A DNA stretch of 38,572 bases from a virus (lineage: Duplodnaviria; Caudoviricetes): positions 1 to 38,572 of IMG/VR virus record IMGVR_UViG_3300047375_000398; one strand, given 5' to 3'. A program made the translations under genes and the position numbers. Numbering within the stretch: the first letter of the stretch is position 1; the number at the start of each line of letters is the position of its first letter. This document shows, in pieces, positions 10,060 to 19,474 of the stretch. The notes under the pieces are model-generated. The model ran no database searches. It had not been told where the DNA came from and was given only the letters and a program-made list of their open reading frames with translations.

Positions 10060-10815
10060 CTATGAAAGCTTTTTAGTAATTGATTTCATTAAATCAACTC
10101 CTTCGTCTGTTTTAAAGTATTGTGCTAATGCACCGTAAGGATGTTGATCAAATGGTACTGTCATTACTTTTTTACCATTAGGAAACTTAAACACAGTGTT
10201 GTCCTCTGTTAATTCTAAAATACCAGATTCAACAGCTCTGTTAGCTAAATTCCTTAAAGTTATATCTTCATCTTCAGAAAGTTCAATGAATAATGCTGGA
10301 CTATGTCTAGCAAAACGATATGCATCTCTTTTTAATTCTTTAGATGATAATGTAGATACACTAGAACCTAATTCAGTTCTCATTATAGCTTCTAAATGTG
10401 ATATATCTAAAGTTCTTACTAGATTTAAAGCTTCTAGTTCAAATTCTAAATCTTCTATTTCATCTTCAGCTATTATTTGATCATCTATTTCTTCCCAAAT
10501 TTTTCTTGGATGATATATAGATAATAACTTTTGTATTAAAGGTTCTGTTCTAGGTACGTTTAATACTCCATCTTGAAATATTAAATGCTGTAACGTAGAA
10601 TAACCATCTTGTTCATCAACAAATAAAGATTTTTGATTAGAAGCTAATCTTAATTCTCTATTCATTCCTTTTTCTTCATCCCAATATAACAAAGGTTTTC
10701 TTGGGGTGTGTCTAGTTTGTATTGTATATGTTATAGGTGACATATCTCCTTTTAATACATATACTCTATCTTTCAATTCCCATTTCTTTTCTGGGCTTTG
10801 TACTTTTGTTTTCAT
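10060..10815 (-). CDS. Phage protein directly downstream of the major capsid gene, 251 aa
   Basis: Long ORF with genome-typical codon usage. Function not recognisable from sequence. Confidence 0.7.
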   Translation of the reverse strand: MKTKVQSPEKKWELKDRVYVLKGDMSPITYTIQTRHTPRKPLLYWDEEKGMNRELRLASNQKSLFVDEQDGYSTLQHLIFQDGVLNVPRTEPLIQKLLSIYHPRKIWEEIDDQIIAEDEIEDLEFELEALNLVRTLDISHLEAIMRTELGSSVSTLSSKELKRDAYRFARHSPALFIELSEDEDITLRNLANRAVESGILELTEDNTVFKFPNGKKVMTVPFDQHPYGALAQYFKTDEGVDLMKSITKKLS

Positions 10816-10828
10816 AATAAAATAATAT

Positions 10829-10864
10829 AAAATAAGAATACTGGGCTCCGAAGAGCCCGTATCC
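10829..10864 (-). terminator. Rho-independent terminator after major capsid gene (cUUCGg tetraloop)
   Basis: Minus strand reads GGATAC-GGGCTC-TTCG-GAGCCC-A-GTATTC-TTATTTT, about 15 nt after the capsid stop codon. Confidence 0.75.
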
Positions 10865-10879
10865 TATAGTTAAAAAATA

Positions 10880-12469
10880 TTAAGCTTTAAATAACACGAA
10901 GTTATTTGCAGCTTGAGTAATAAGACATCTTTCACTTAAGTAGATAACTCTCATTTCATCAATATCAGTTGTAGGGCTAGAAGTTCCAACAGATCCTGTA
11001 ATCCAAGATTTATTTTTTCTGTTTTCAGTTTCTGAAGCTCTATAACGAATGTGTAAGAATGGTCGCTTGATATTTTGACCTAATTGCTGATCGTAAACTG
11101 TAGAAGTTCCTGCTGGTACTAATACACCTTCAACATCACCAAAACCTCCACGAGTTGACCAGTCATTTAAATATTTCCAGTCAGTTTTGTAAAAGTCATA
11201 AGATCCTCTGCGATATCCTGTAAATCCAAGATTTAATGCCATGTCAGCACTGTTGTTAAATACACCATAAGATGTACCATGAGCAACACCTGCTGCGCCT
11301 GGATATGCACCATTTTGCATAGCAAGAATGTCATCAATCTCTAAAGAAAGTTCACGATTTAAGAAAAGCATGTTTTCTTCAATAGCTCCTTGCTTGTCTA
11401 ATTGCTTAAGTACTGCATCAAAATCTGTTAATGCTCCACCACCTGCACCTGCAGCTGCTTGAGATCCAAATCCTTGATATACATTTCCACGTGCTTCAAG
11501 AGCAGCAAAGAAACCTTCAGTACCTTTAGCGTTTTGATTAGTTCCACCAACAGTGATTGAACTAGCGCCTGCAGTATAGCCTAAAGCTATTCCATTAGCA
11601 CCACCTTGTCCACCTGTTTTAAGAACACCTTCAACCATAGACATTTCGATGTAATCTTCCCAACGTAATCTATTTTCGTGTTCAGACTTCATGTACCATA
11701 AATATCCACTAGCACCATTCTCAGAAGTAACTTCAATCCAACCGATCTGAGCTGTGTCAGAACCATTGATTGCATAGTTTTCTTTTAAGATAATAGGTGA
11801 GTTTGTAAATGTAGCATAGCTAGGATTCAAAGACTCTGTAAAAGTACCTGTACCTTTAGCAAATTCTGATCCATAAGATATAGCTGTTACTCTGTTTGCC
11901 ACTAAAATACCACCGTGAGCAACGTAACATTTAATTTGAAAGTTTTGTCCTGCTACTGCAGTAACAACTCCTTTGATTACTTCGCCAGTTCCACCAACAG
12001 CTGATGTAGCTGAAGTTTGAATTTGTACCATTACTGTTTCTCCTACTCTAAAGTTTACAGGCTCAGTTTTATCTGTAGTAATTCCTGTGCTTCTTGGTTG
12101 TGCAGTTGGTACACTAAAGTTAAGTGCTGTACCTGATGCTCCTGCTACAATTGCTCCTGCAACAGCTCCACCTGGTAATGCGCCTTGATTTCCTAAAGGA
12201 ATAACATTAGCATAACGTGTGTGTAATCTACCTTGCTCAGTCCAGATTATTTGATCTGAAGTGGAAGGCATCTCCGCTGATACCATACGTAAGAAAGAAC
12301 CGATAGATCTGTTTCCATATCTTTCTACTTCTTTTTCGTATACATCAGGTAAAAATTGTTGACCCCACTGAGCAAAATTTGCATCAGTAAAATCGATATA
12401 GTTCCCAGGATACATTGTTTTGCTCTGGGTTGGTTGTAAAGCGGCTGGTATGCCTACTGTAAATGCCAT
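10880..12469 (-). CDS. Major capsid protein, 529 aa
   Basis: Motifs QQFLPDVYEKEVERYGNRS, DQIIWTEQGRLH, AQIGWIEV, GYRRGSYDFYKTDWKYLND, LSERCLITQAANNF. Follows scaffold and is followed by a terminator. Confidence 0.85.
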   Translation of the reverse strand: MAFTVGIPAALQPTQSKTMYPGNYIDFTDANFAQWGQQFLPDVYEKEVERYGNRSIGSFLRMVSAEMPSTSDQIIWTEQGRLHTRYANVIPLGNQGALPGGAVAGAIVAGASGTALNFSVPTAQPRSTGITTDKTEPVNFRVGETVMVQIQTSATSAVGGTGEVIKGVVTAVAGQNFQIKCYVAHGGILVANRVTAISYGSEFAKGTGTFTESLNPSYATFTNSPIILKENYAINGSDTAQIGWIEVTSENGASGYLWYMKSEHENRLRWEDYIEMSMVEGVLKTGGQGGANGIALGYTAGASSITVGGTNQNAKGTEGFFAALEARGNVYQGFGSQAAAGAGGGALTDFDAVLKQLDKQGAIEENMLFLNRELSLEIDDILAMQNGAYPGAAGVAHGTSYGVFNNSADMALNLGFTGYRRGSYDFYKTDWKYLNDWSTRGGFGDVEGVLVPAGTSTVYDQQLGQNIKRPFLHIRYRASETENRKNKSWITGSVGTSSPTTDIDEMRVIYLSERCLITQAANNFVLFKA

Positions 12470-12491
12470 TTGTTTTGATTTTAAAAATTAT

Positions 12492-13754
12492 TTATTTCCA
12501 TTTAACTCGCAATTTAGAAGAGTCATTTCCAGAAACAACTTTAACTTTTTGACCATTTGAATTTACAACACTAGAATTATCAACTCTAGGTGACATATCT
12601 ATATTTTTAGAAGCTTTAGCTTGATCTTTTATGGCATCGGCACGGCCTTGCTCATAAAAATGATTAGCTATTTTATCTGCATTTCGTCCGGCAAATAAAG
12701 CTTTGTGATAGCCTTTGGCATCTGAAATAGTGCCATCTTTGCCTATAAATTCATTAGCAAAATTTTTAATATCAGATTGAAACTCTTTAACTTGTAAAGG
12801 ATTTTCTACTTTAAAACGATATTTATTTTTTCCTACGCTAAAATCAAAACCTTTGAAATCGTCAGAAAAAACATTAGTTGTTTTATTTAAAAAATCTTTT
12901 TGTAAATTTTCACTTTCTTTTATTAAATCTTGTTGTTCATTATAATACTCATAAGCTTTTTTATATTCAGGATCAATATCATTTTGCTTTCTTAACTTAA
13001 GATCAGCATAATATTTTTCCTTACTTGTTTTAAAATGATTTTGAGCATTAAATAATTCTTCTTTAAAAGCTAATTGTTTAGCTTTAACATCTGACGGATC
13101 TTCCGTCTCTGCATCATAACCAAAATTTTTATTAAGCATAAACTCAATATCATCTTGATTTAAATGCGGTTTTGTACTCTTGTAATATTCACGCATTAAA
13201 GTAGTGTTGTCATACTTGCTAATGTCTCTATTAAGATTAACATAATCTTCCAAAGATCCACCAGTTTCTTCCATGAATTTAACTAATTTATCTACGTTTT
13301 CAGGAAGCATTTGTTTTTCAGCTTCCTTAATTTCTTCTTTTTGTTCTGTAGTTATAGAAGGTTCTTCTTTTTTAACTACAACATCTTCATCTTCTTTAAT
13401 TAATTCTAAAGGAGAATCATTTTGTTCTAATACTTTTTCTTCAGTTTGAACGGTTTTATTTTCTTCACTGGGTTGCTCCCGTACCTCTTTGTCCACTTCT
13501 TTGCTATCTCCGGTTCGTTCGCCCACAGATACCTCCTTTGTTTCTCGCTCTTGAATGGCATTTGTTTCTTCTTTTTGTACAGGAGGTTTATCCAGGTTAA
13601 TTTTATAAACACCATCGTCTTGTAAACCATATTCAGATGCTACCTCCCCGGTTTCTACTGCTTGGTCTAATACCGCAGCTTCTTGTTCTTGTTTTGTAGG
13701 TGCTGGACTATCGTCTGCAACAACCTTAACTTGTACTTTTTCTTGTTCTTCCAT
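12492..13754 (-). CDS. Capsid scaffolding protein, 420 aa
   Basis: Very acidic, disordered N-terminus. Motifs LPENVDKLVKFMEETGGSLEDYVNLNRD and IANHFYEQGRADA. Lies between portal and capsid genes. Confidence 0.7.
   Translation of the reverse strand: MEEQEKVQVKVVADDSPAPTKQEQEAAVLDQAVETGEVASEYGLQDDGVYKINLDKPPVQKEETNAIQERETKEVSVGERTGDSKEVDKEVREQPSEENKTVQTEEKVLEQNDSPLELIKEDEDVVVKKEEPSITTEQKEEIKEAEKQMLPENVDKLVKFMEETGGSLEDYVNLNRDISKYDNTTLMREYYKSTKPHLNQDDIEFMLNKNFGYDAETEDPSDVKAKQLAFKEELFNAQNHFKTSKEKYYADLKLRKQNDIDPEYKKAYEYYNEQQDLIKESENLQKDFLNKTTNVFSDDFKGFDFSVGKNKYRFKVENPLQVKEFQSDIKNFANEFIGKDGTISDAKGYHKALFAGRNADKIANHFYEQGRADAIKDQAKASKNIDMSPRVDNSSVVNSNGQKVKVVSGNDSSKLRVKWK
13427..13561 (-). CDS. Overprinted small basic protein in +1 frame of scaffold gene, 44 aa
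   Basis: MPFKSEKQRRYLWANEPEIAKKWTKRYGSNPVKKIKPFKLKKKY. ATG at 13561 after an A-rich tract, local GC rise. Resembles a small protein I recall as a standalone gene in other phages. Confidence 0.55.
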   Translation of the reverse strand: MPFKSEKQRRYLWANEPEIAKKWTKRYGSNPVKKIKPFKLKKKY

Positions 13755-13784
13755 AATTATATATAATAAAATATTTGTTGTTAT

Positions 13785-16214
13785 TTATTTTGGCGAAAAT
13801 CTACTTAAATCAATACCACCTAAAACATCATTTCCTTTTGATTCAAAAGATTTTGAGGGCTTACCGGATGAAGGTGGCCCAGAAACAGATTTAGTAGATG
13901 CTTTTACATTTTCTCTTTCCATTGCTCCTTGATTATTAACTTGAGTTAATTCTTTTTGAGCTTGTAATTCTAATTGTTTTAATTGAACATTTAATTCATA
14001 TTCATACTGCATTAACTCTCTTTTTGTTTGAGCTTCTACTTCTAATTTTTTTATTTCAAATTCAATATCAGCTTGTCTATATTGTATTTTAGATTCTGTT
14101 TTAATTTGTTCAGCTTGAGCTTTTGCTTCTTCTATTTGAACTTGAGCAGCGCCTTGAGCTTCAGCTTGAGCTACACTAGCAGCTTGAGCCATTTGCTGAT
14201 CCATTTGTTGTTTTCTTACTCTTTTTATTTTAAGTAATTGATTAGCAAGTTTTAAATTTTTAACTTCTCTAATATCTATAGCATCTTCTAAATTAATGCT
14301 ATCTTTAGATAAAGCTATTTGAATGTTTGCTTCTAATAAAGATTTTTCTTCTTCATCGGGCATTAATTCTAAAAATATACCAAAATCATGTAGATGTAAG
14401 TTTTTTATTTCTTCTAATGAGCCTACAGAAAACTGACCTAATGCTCCTATAAAAGCTTCTTTTGTTGGATGAAATTCTAAAACATCTTTAAACCTTAAAC
14501 ATATAGCTTCAGCTAAAGCTAATGTTATATATAGACTACTATCTAATATATGTCTTGTAGCTGTATTACTGTTTGCTGCTGCAAGTTTCTGTACACCAAC
14601 TAACGCATTAGGGTCTGGATCAGAACCATCTCTAGCTTCGTTTAATCCAGTTACATCCCTCATCATTTGAATGTAATTATTGTAAGCACCTATTAAAACT
14701 TGTATTTGATTGCCGGTACTTCCTGGAAGCTCTTGAATAGGAACTTTACCAGGATTTTGATCTCCTTCAACTGTCAATGATCTACCTATGATAGAACCTG
14801 TTTGAAAATACATGTTTAATGCTTCTTGAGCATTATAATTTGTACCATTACCCAAATCAACTTCTGCAATACCATCTGCATCTAAAAATACACCTGATGG
14901 AACCATTCTTTGAATAGCTTGTTGAAGTTTTAAATGTGTAAGCTGTATTAAATCAGCATAAGGCGTCATTTTAGATACCAAAGATGTTATATTACCTTTG
15001 TATATTCTTGGAGCTGATACCGTGTAGTTCATTAATACTTTGTTAGTATTAGAACTAGGTCTTATCATATTTGTAGCCTTATTCCATTCAAGTAAAATGT
15101 TACTACCTAATATATAAGCTCCTTCATATATTACCTCTCTAGCTTGAGCTACTCTTTCAAATCTTGTTCTTTTATCTTGAGGTGGATTAAATGTATCATC
15201 TTTTAATATAGCTTTGTCGGCACCTGTAGATGTTTCTTTAATTTTATAAACATTATTTTCCCAAGTTTTCCAATTAAAGTATAATACAGTTAATGTATTA
15301 TTATTATCTATTTCACTGTTTCTGTTTCTGTTAAAATGATCTTTATTGTAATTAACCCAGTTAGAACCTTTTTTAACAAACTCTGCTATTTCTTCATTTG
15401 GTAAATCTGGAAATTGTTTTTTAAGTTCATTTACCGGTATTCTTTTTATTTCACCAAAATAATAACAATCTTCAAAATTAGGGTCATCTGTATAAGACCA
15501 AACTAAATTAGCTGGATCTACATAGTCCACTTTTATACCATCAGTATTATTAAAAGTATTTTTAACAGCACCTATTCCTAAAACCGCTAAATCATAATCA
15601 ACTCGTTTTTTTATTTGAGGATATTTGTTTGATAAAAAAACATTGTTAATTGCTTGCTCTTCTGCTATTTCTATACCTTGCTTATATCCTAATTGCATGT
15701 AAAGCTCTAGCTCTTCAGTGTTTTGAGGTAAATCTTCTTCTGGAACATTTCTAGCATTAACACCTAATTGAGCTTCTACTTGTTTTAACATTTCTTGAGC
15801 ATTTATATCTCTAGTAATATCATTAACAAATTGAGTTCTTTTTCCTGTTGATATAGGATCTTGTGCAAAAGCCTTTATGTCATACAGTCTATCTTGCATA
15901 CCATTAACAACTATGTCTACAAACTTAGGTATTATAGGTACAGGTTTCCAGTCTAAATTTAAATAAGATAAATCACCATTTGTAGCAAATTCATCTTTAT
16001 ATTTTTTAATAGATTGTTCACCTCTTGCATATAATCTTAGTCTATTAAACTCTTCGCTTACTTGATAATACATGCCTGGGTTATTATCTCTATTAAACCA
16101 TTCTTGTTCAATAGCTCTTCCAACCGATAGACCATATTCAGAAGACATTTTTTCTTCATCTGAGACAGCTTGACTCGGAAATTGTGTAGGAAGTTGTCCT
16201 GTTGTTATTGCCAT
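13785..16214 (-). CDS. Portal protein, 809 aa
   Basis: Motifs RLRLYARGEQS, LSYLNLDWKPVPIIPKFVDIVVNG, YVDPANLVWSY, RDVTGLNEARDGS, plus a coiled-coil C-terminus. Immediately after terminase. Confidence 0.85.
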   Translation of the reverse strand: MAITTGQLPTQFPSQAVSDEEKMSSEYGLSVGRAIEQEWFNRDNNPGMYYQVSEEFNRLRLYARGEQSIKKYKDEFATNGDLSYLNLDWKPVPIIPKFVDIVVNGMQDRLYDIKAFAQDPISTGKRTQFVNDITRDINAQEMLKQVEAQLGVNARNVPEEDLPQNTEELELYMQLGYKQGIEIAEEQAINNVFLSNKYPQIKKRVDYDLAVLGIGAVKNTFNNTDGIKVDYVDPANLVWSYTDDPNFEDCYYFGEIKRIPVNELKKQFPDLPNEEIAEFVKKGSNWVNYNKDHFNRNRNSEIDNNNTLTVLYFNWKTWENNVYKIKETSTGADKAILKDDTFNPPQDKRTRFERVAQAREVIYEGAYILGSNILLEWNKATNMIRPSSNTNKVLMNYTVSAPRIYKGNITSLVSKMTPYADLIQLTHLKLQQAIQRMVPSGVFLDADGIAEVDLGNGTNYNAQEALNMYFQTGSIIGRSLTVEGDQNPGKVPIQELPGSTGNQIQVLIGAYNNYIQMMRDVTGLNEARDGSDPDPNALVGVQKLAAANSNTATRHILDSSLYITLALAEAICLRFKDVLEFHPTKEAFIGALGQFSVGSLEEIKNLHLHDFGIFLELMPDEEEKSLLEANIQIALSKDSINLEDAIDIREVKNLKLANQLLKIKRVRKQQMDQQMAQAASVAQAEAQGAAQVQIEEAKAQAEQIKTESKIQYRQADIEFEIKKLEVEAQTKRELMQYEYELNVQLKQLELQAQKELTQVNNQGAMERENVKASTKSVSGPPSSGKPSKSFESKGNDVLGGIDLSRFSPK

Positions 16215-16216
16215 AT

Positions 16217-18448
16217 TTATTGTATTATCTTACTCATTGATCCATCGTTTTTATATTTAGCAAAACGAAAATCTATTTTTTTATTTGTTCTTTCCATATT
16301 AGGCCTATACATGTGTTTTCTACAAGCCATGATTGCAAGTCCACTACTTATTGATGCATCATGAGATGTTCTTCGAGATATATCAAATCTTGCCCAGTCT
16401 TCTAATGTTTTTTGAAAATACATACTACCATGATTTTCTTCTTTACGTCCTACATAATCCTCTATGTAAGACTCAATAGCAGCGGCATGAGCTTGTTTTA
16501 TATCTTCAGATGTATTTGGTATACCTCCTAATTCTATTTCTGTTTTAGATAAATTACCTAAGAGTTTATCAGGTCTATTCATTGAATAACCTCTATAACC
16601 TCTTCTTTTTAAGTGATATAATAATCTTGGTTTATTATTTTCTGCAAGTATTGGCATACCGTAAAATACTAATGCCATTAATACTTCTTCAAAAAATATT
16701 TCTGCTGTCTGTGGTCGTGCTATATATTCTAAGAAAAACTTAGTATTAGGCACATCGTTTACCATAGAAAAAGTAGTTAATCCGTGAAGAGCACCATTAG
16801 ACCCACCACCCCCAACAGTACCGCTGATATCATAACTATCGCATCCGAAGGCTCCGAAGCCATCATTACCAGGATATTTAATACCATTTTTTGTAATTAT
16901 ATTATTTTGTATATTATCTGGTGGTATCCAAGATATTTTAAACCTACCGTTTTTAGTAGGTACCCATATAACTTTAGTATCTTTTATACCATTTTGCCAA
17001 GCAAAAGTTCCACGAACAACATAACCTTTAATAGCCATCTCTTCGTTAAAATCTATTTGCTCGTATATTTTAGTTAGATTAAATAATGAATTAACTGTTT
17101 CATCTCTAAAAGCGTGCTTTTCAGATCTTGGAAATTGTCTGTAATATTCATTTAAAGCATCGCTGTCTCTTTTTAATCCTTCTACTTCATTTTCCCAATG
17201 ATCAATGACTCCCGTAAAAATTTTTTCTCCATCAATTCCTTCAATCGGTTCTGATGGTGTGTCGAAGACAGGATATCCGTACTTGTCAATAAACCCTTCG
17301 TATCCCCACTCCATAGGTATGAACAAAGAATATAATCCACTTGTAGTCTGGCCATTGCGGTTTCTATTTGTGACATTTGAATTATAAAATAATTTTTTAA
17401 AGTTATCTCCACCTTTGTTTAAAGCATTAGATGTTGATCCCATCATGCATTTACCAACTACTCTGGCACCGAGCCTGAGGCACGTTTTTGTGACCCTCCA
17501 GTTGTTGAGTATGTTGTCCGGCCTCTCCCATTTACCCGATTCATCATGGACGAGGAGTTGTAACTTCTCCCCATCGTACGAGTTGTCTCCCGTGTTCTTC
17601 CAGTCGATCGTGGTATCGAGCCCCTGCCCAAATTCCTCCTGACTATAGGTTTCTTTAATGGCGTTTCTGGTAAGTCTTCTTGACGGTATTTTATAGGAAA
17701 GCTCCGTCTTCGGTCGTTCCATCCCATCCTGTATTGGTTTGAAAAAAAATGGATAGTTGATTGATATGGGTACAATCTTGTCTGTAAACATCTTCTTTGC
17801 ATCTGCTCCAGTTTTAGATAAAACCCCAAATCTAGAGTCCTTGGAAGTTGTTGCCAAGTTAACAGTCTCTGAGGATGCCATGAAGCTAAAGCCAGACCGT
17901 CTATTCTTGAGGTAGCACATTCCATAAGATCTCTTATCTGCCTTGCATGCCTCCCAAAAGTAATAAAAGATTCTGTTTGCCTGCCTAAAATCTGGTGCTC
18001 CCACGTCGATCTTTGTCCAAGAGAGATAGACATAGTGCGATCCTGTAATGTAGTTCGCGGAACCGTTGCACATGAACCAATACCCATCATTACGATAATT
18101 AAACTCACTATCAATATATTTGTAGTATTTTTCTTTAATATCTTCGGGATAGGATTGAAAGTCATATATGCTTTTTATTTTATTTAAAGATTCAGGTTTG
18201 TTTTTTATTTTAAAAAATTGATCTGACTGCTTTAAGTCTTCTCCATCTATTGCATCTGGAGTTTTAGGTATTGCCACCTTAAGACCTTGTATTTCATATA
18301 TATCACCTATTGTACCGTCTTTACTTATTACAACACAGTCTAAATCTTCATTGTATCCATATTCAAACTTCTTATGTTTATTAAGATGCTTAATTTTTTT
18401 ATCAGATAAATGAGTATTGTGTATTTTATAAAGCGTTTGTTTGTACAT
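16217..18448 (-). CDS. terL: Terminase large subunit, 743 aa
   Basis: Walker A-like LKNRRSGFS, Walker B LLVHDESGKW, coupling motif MGST, nuclease motifs FGCDSYD, LAENNK and HDASISSGLA. Confidence 0.9.
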   Translation of the reverse strand: MYKQTLYKIHNTHLSDKKIKHLNKHKKFEYGYNEDLDCVVISKDGTIGDIYEIQGLKVAIPKTPDAIDGEDLKQSDQFFKIKNKPESLNKIKSIYDFQSYPEDIKEKYYKYIDSEFNYRNDGYWFMCNGSANYITGSHYVYLSWTKIDVGAPDFRQANRIFYYFWEACKADKRSYGMCYLKNRRSGFSFMASSETVNLATTSKDSRFGVLSKTGADAKKMFTDKIVPISINYPFFFKPIQDGMERPKTELSYKIPSRRLTRNAIKETYSQEEFGQGLDTTIDWKNTGDNSYDGEKLQLLVHDESGKWERPDNILNNWRVTKTCLRLGARVVGKCMMGSTSNALNKGGDNFKKLFYNSNVTNRNRNGQTTSGLYSLFIPMEWGYEGFIDKYGYPVFDTPSEPIEGIDGEKIFTGVIDHWENEVEGLKRDSDALNEYYRQFPRSEKHAFRDETVNSLFNLTKIYEQIDFNEEMAIKGYVVRGTFAWQNGIKDTKVIWVPTKNGRFKISWIPPDNIQNNIITKNGIKYPGNDGFGAFGCDSYDISGTVGGGGSNGALHGLTTFSMVNDVPNTKFFLEYIARPQTAEIFFEEVLMALVFYGMPILAENNKPRLLYHLKRRGYRGYSMNRPDKLLGNLSKTEIELGGIPNTSEDIKQAHAAAIESYIEDYVGRKEENHGSMYFQKTLEDWARFDISRRTSHDASISSGLAIMACRKHMYRPNMERTNKKIDFRFAKYKNDGSMSKIIQ
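17458..18165 (-). CDS. Overprinted predicted lipoprotein in +1 frame inside terL, 235 aa
   Basis: 235 stop-free codons in an AT-rich genome. N-terminus has a basic region (KILKK), hydrophobic core (ILIVSLIIVMM) and lipobox IGS-C32. Coincides with a GC-rich island in terL. Confidence 0.55.
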   Translation of the reverse strand: MTFNPIPKILKKNTTNILIVSLIIVMMGIGSCATVPRTTLQDRTMSISLGQRSTWEHQILGRQTESFITFGRHARQIRDLMECATSRIDGLALASWHPQRLLTWQQLPRTLDLGFYLKLEQMQRRCLQTRLYPYQSTIHFFSNQYRMGWNDRRRSFPIKYRQEDLPETPLKKPIVRRNLGRGSIPRSTGRTRETTRTMGRSYNSSSMMNRVNGRGRTTYSTTGGSQKRASGSVPE

Positions 18449-18690
18449 TATTTGATTCTATTTTCAACACCTAAAAAAGTATGAGATTCTTTGCTAGATT
18501 TTTTATCAGATAACTCTTCAATTTTTTCTATAATTTTTAATGAATCTTCTATTGCAACCCACTTAGCTTGAGCTGCTGTTTTTGCTTTTTCAGGATCTAA
18601 TTCAGATAAATCAATTTTTTGTTTAATAACTTTTTCAAGTTCAATCAATGCTTTTTCCGCTGCTTCTATTATTCTTTTTCTTCGGTCCAT
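18448..18690 (-). CDS. Small helical protein, possible terminase small subunit, 80 aa
   Basis: Stop overlaps the terL ATG. Charged helical sequence. Function inferred from position only. Confidence 0.5.
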   Translation of the reverse strand: MDRRKRIIEAAEKALIELEKVIKQKIDLSELDPEKAKTAAQAKWVAIEDSLKIIEKIEELSDKKSSKESHTFLGVENRIK

Positions 18691-19243
18691 AATTAATAGT
18701 TATATGATTTGATAAAATTCTATAAAGTTTTTGACCTTCAATATTAAATTCATATTCAGAGTTAGGTGTAAACCCTACCACGTCTCCTATAGACACTCCT
18801 AATGAACTTAATTGGCTGTTTGTGTATGCTAGCTCCCCTTTTAAATTTTCGTCTGTATCAAGCGCCCATTTATCTTTTATTTTTATAGGCTTTACAAAGC
18901 AATATCCAGGTAGTGCAACCCACTTATTATTTTTTTTACATGCAAAAACTTGATCTGTTCCTACAGTATATTTGTCTTCATCAAGATAACTAGCAGAATT
19001 ACGTTCTTGCTGTTGTTGGTTTAACCATCTTCTAAAAACATTATGATGAACAATTATTTCATCCCCTACTTCTACTTCTGTTTTTATACCAGCTGGAACA
19101 CTAACAACTTTACCAATACGATTAACAAACATGTAATCTCTTTCTGTAATCTCTGTATTAACAACTAATTTTTTGTCATCAACATCAACTACGTTATTGT
19201 AACGATTTTCAGTAGATATAATATAATCAAAAAGTGCCTGCAT
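18641..19243 (-). CDS. groES: GroES-like co-chaperonin, probably two tandem GroES-type domains, 200 aa
   Basis: GKVVSVP...VEVGDEIIVHHN and GYCFVKP...GVSIGDVVGF...IEGQKLYRI match GroES strand patterns. Confidence 0.6.
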   Translation of the reverse strand: MQALFDYIISTENRYNNVVDVDDKKLVVNTEITERDYMFVNRIGKVVSVPAGIKTEVEVGDEIIVHHNVFRRWLNQQQQERNSASYLDEDKYTVGTDQVFACKKNNKWVALPGYCFVKPIKIKDKWALDTDENLKGELAYTNSQLSSLGVSIGDVVGFTPNSEYEFNIEGQKLYRILSNHITINYGPKKKNNRSSGKSID

Positions 19244-19464
19244 TAATAATCTAAGTTATATTCAACAGATACTGCCATGTTAGAATTAAAATGTTTCCAC
19301 GGTAGTACTTCTTTGTTTTTAGTTATAAATATTTTAAAAGAACCATCTTCTTCTAGTATATCTGAAATAGTATGTCCTCCATAAACTTCTTGTCCTACAG
19401 AGTAATGCATTGCTTCGTTTTTGTAGTCAGTACCAATACTGATCTTACGTATTAATTTTGCCAT
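19243..19464 (-). CDS. Hypothetical phage protein, 73 aa
   Basis: LIRKISIGTDYKNEAMHYSVGQEVYGGHTI. Stop overlaps the start of the GroES-like gene. Confidence 0.7.
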   Translation of the reverse strand: MAKLIRKISIGTDYKNEAMHYSVGQEVYGGHTISDILEEDGSFKIFITKNKEVLPWKHFNSNMAVSVEYNLDY

Positions 19465-19474
19465 TTAATTTAAT

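Noticed and set aside
17450-18075. Intron, intein or mobile insert as the cause of the GC island in terL
   Set aside because: terL reads through continuously with its essential ATPase motifs inside the island. No intein termini or homing endonuclease motifs.
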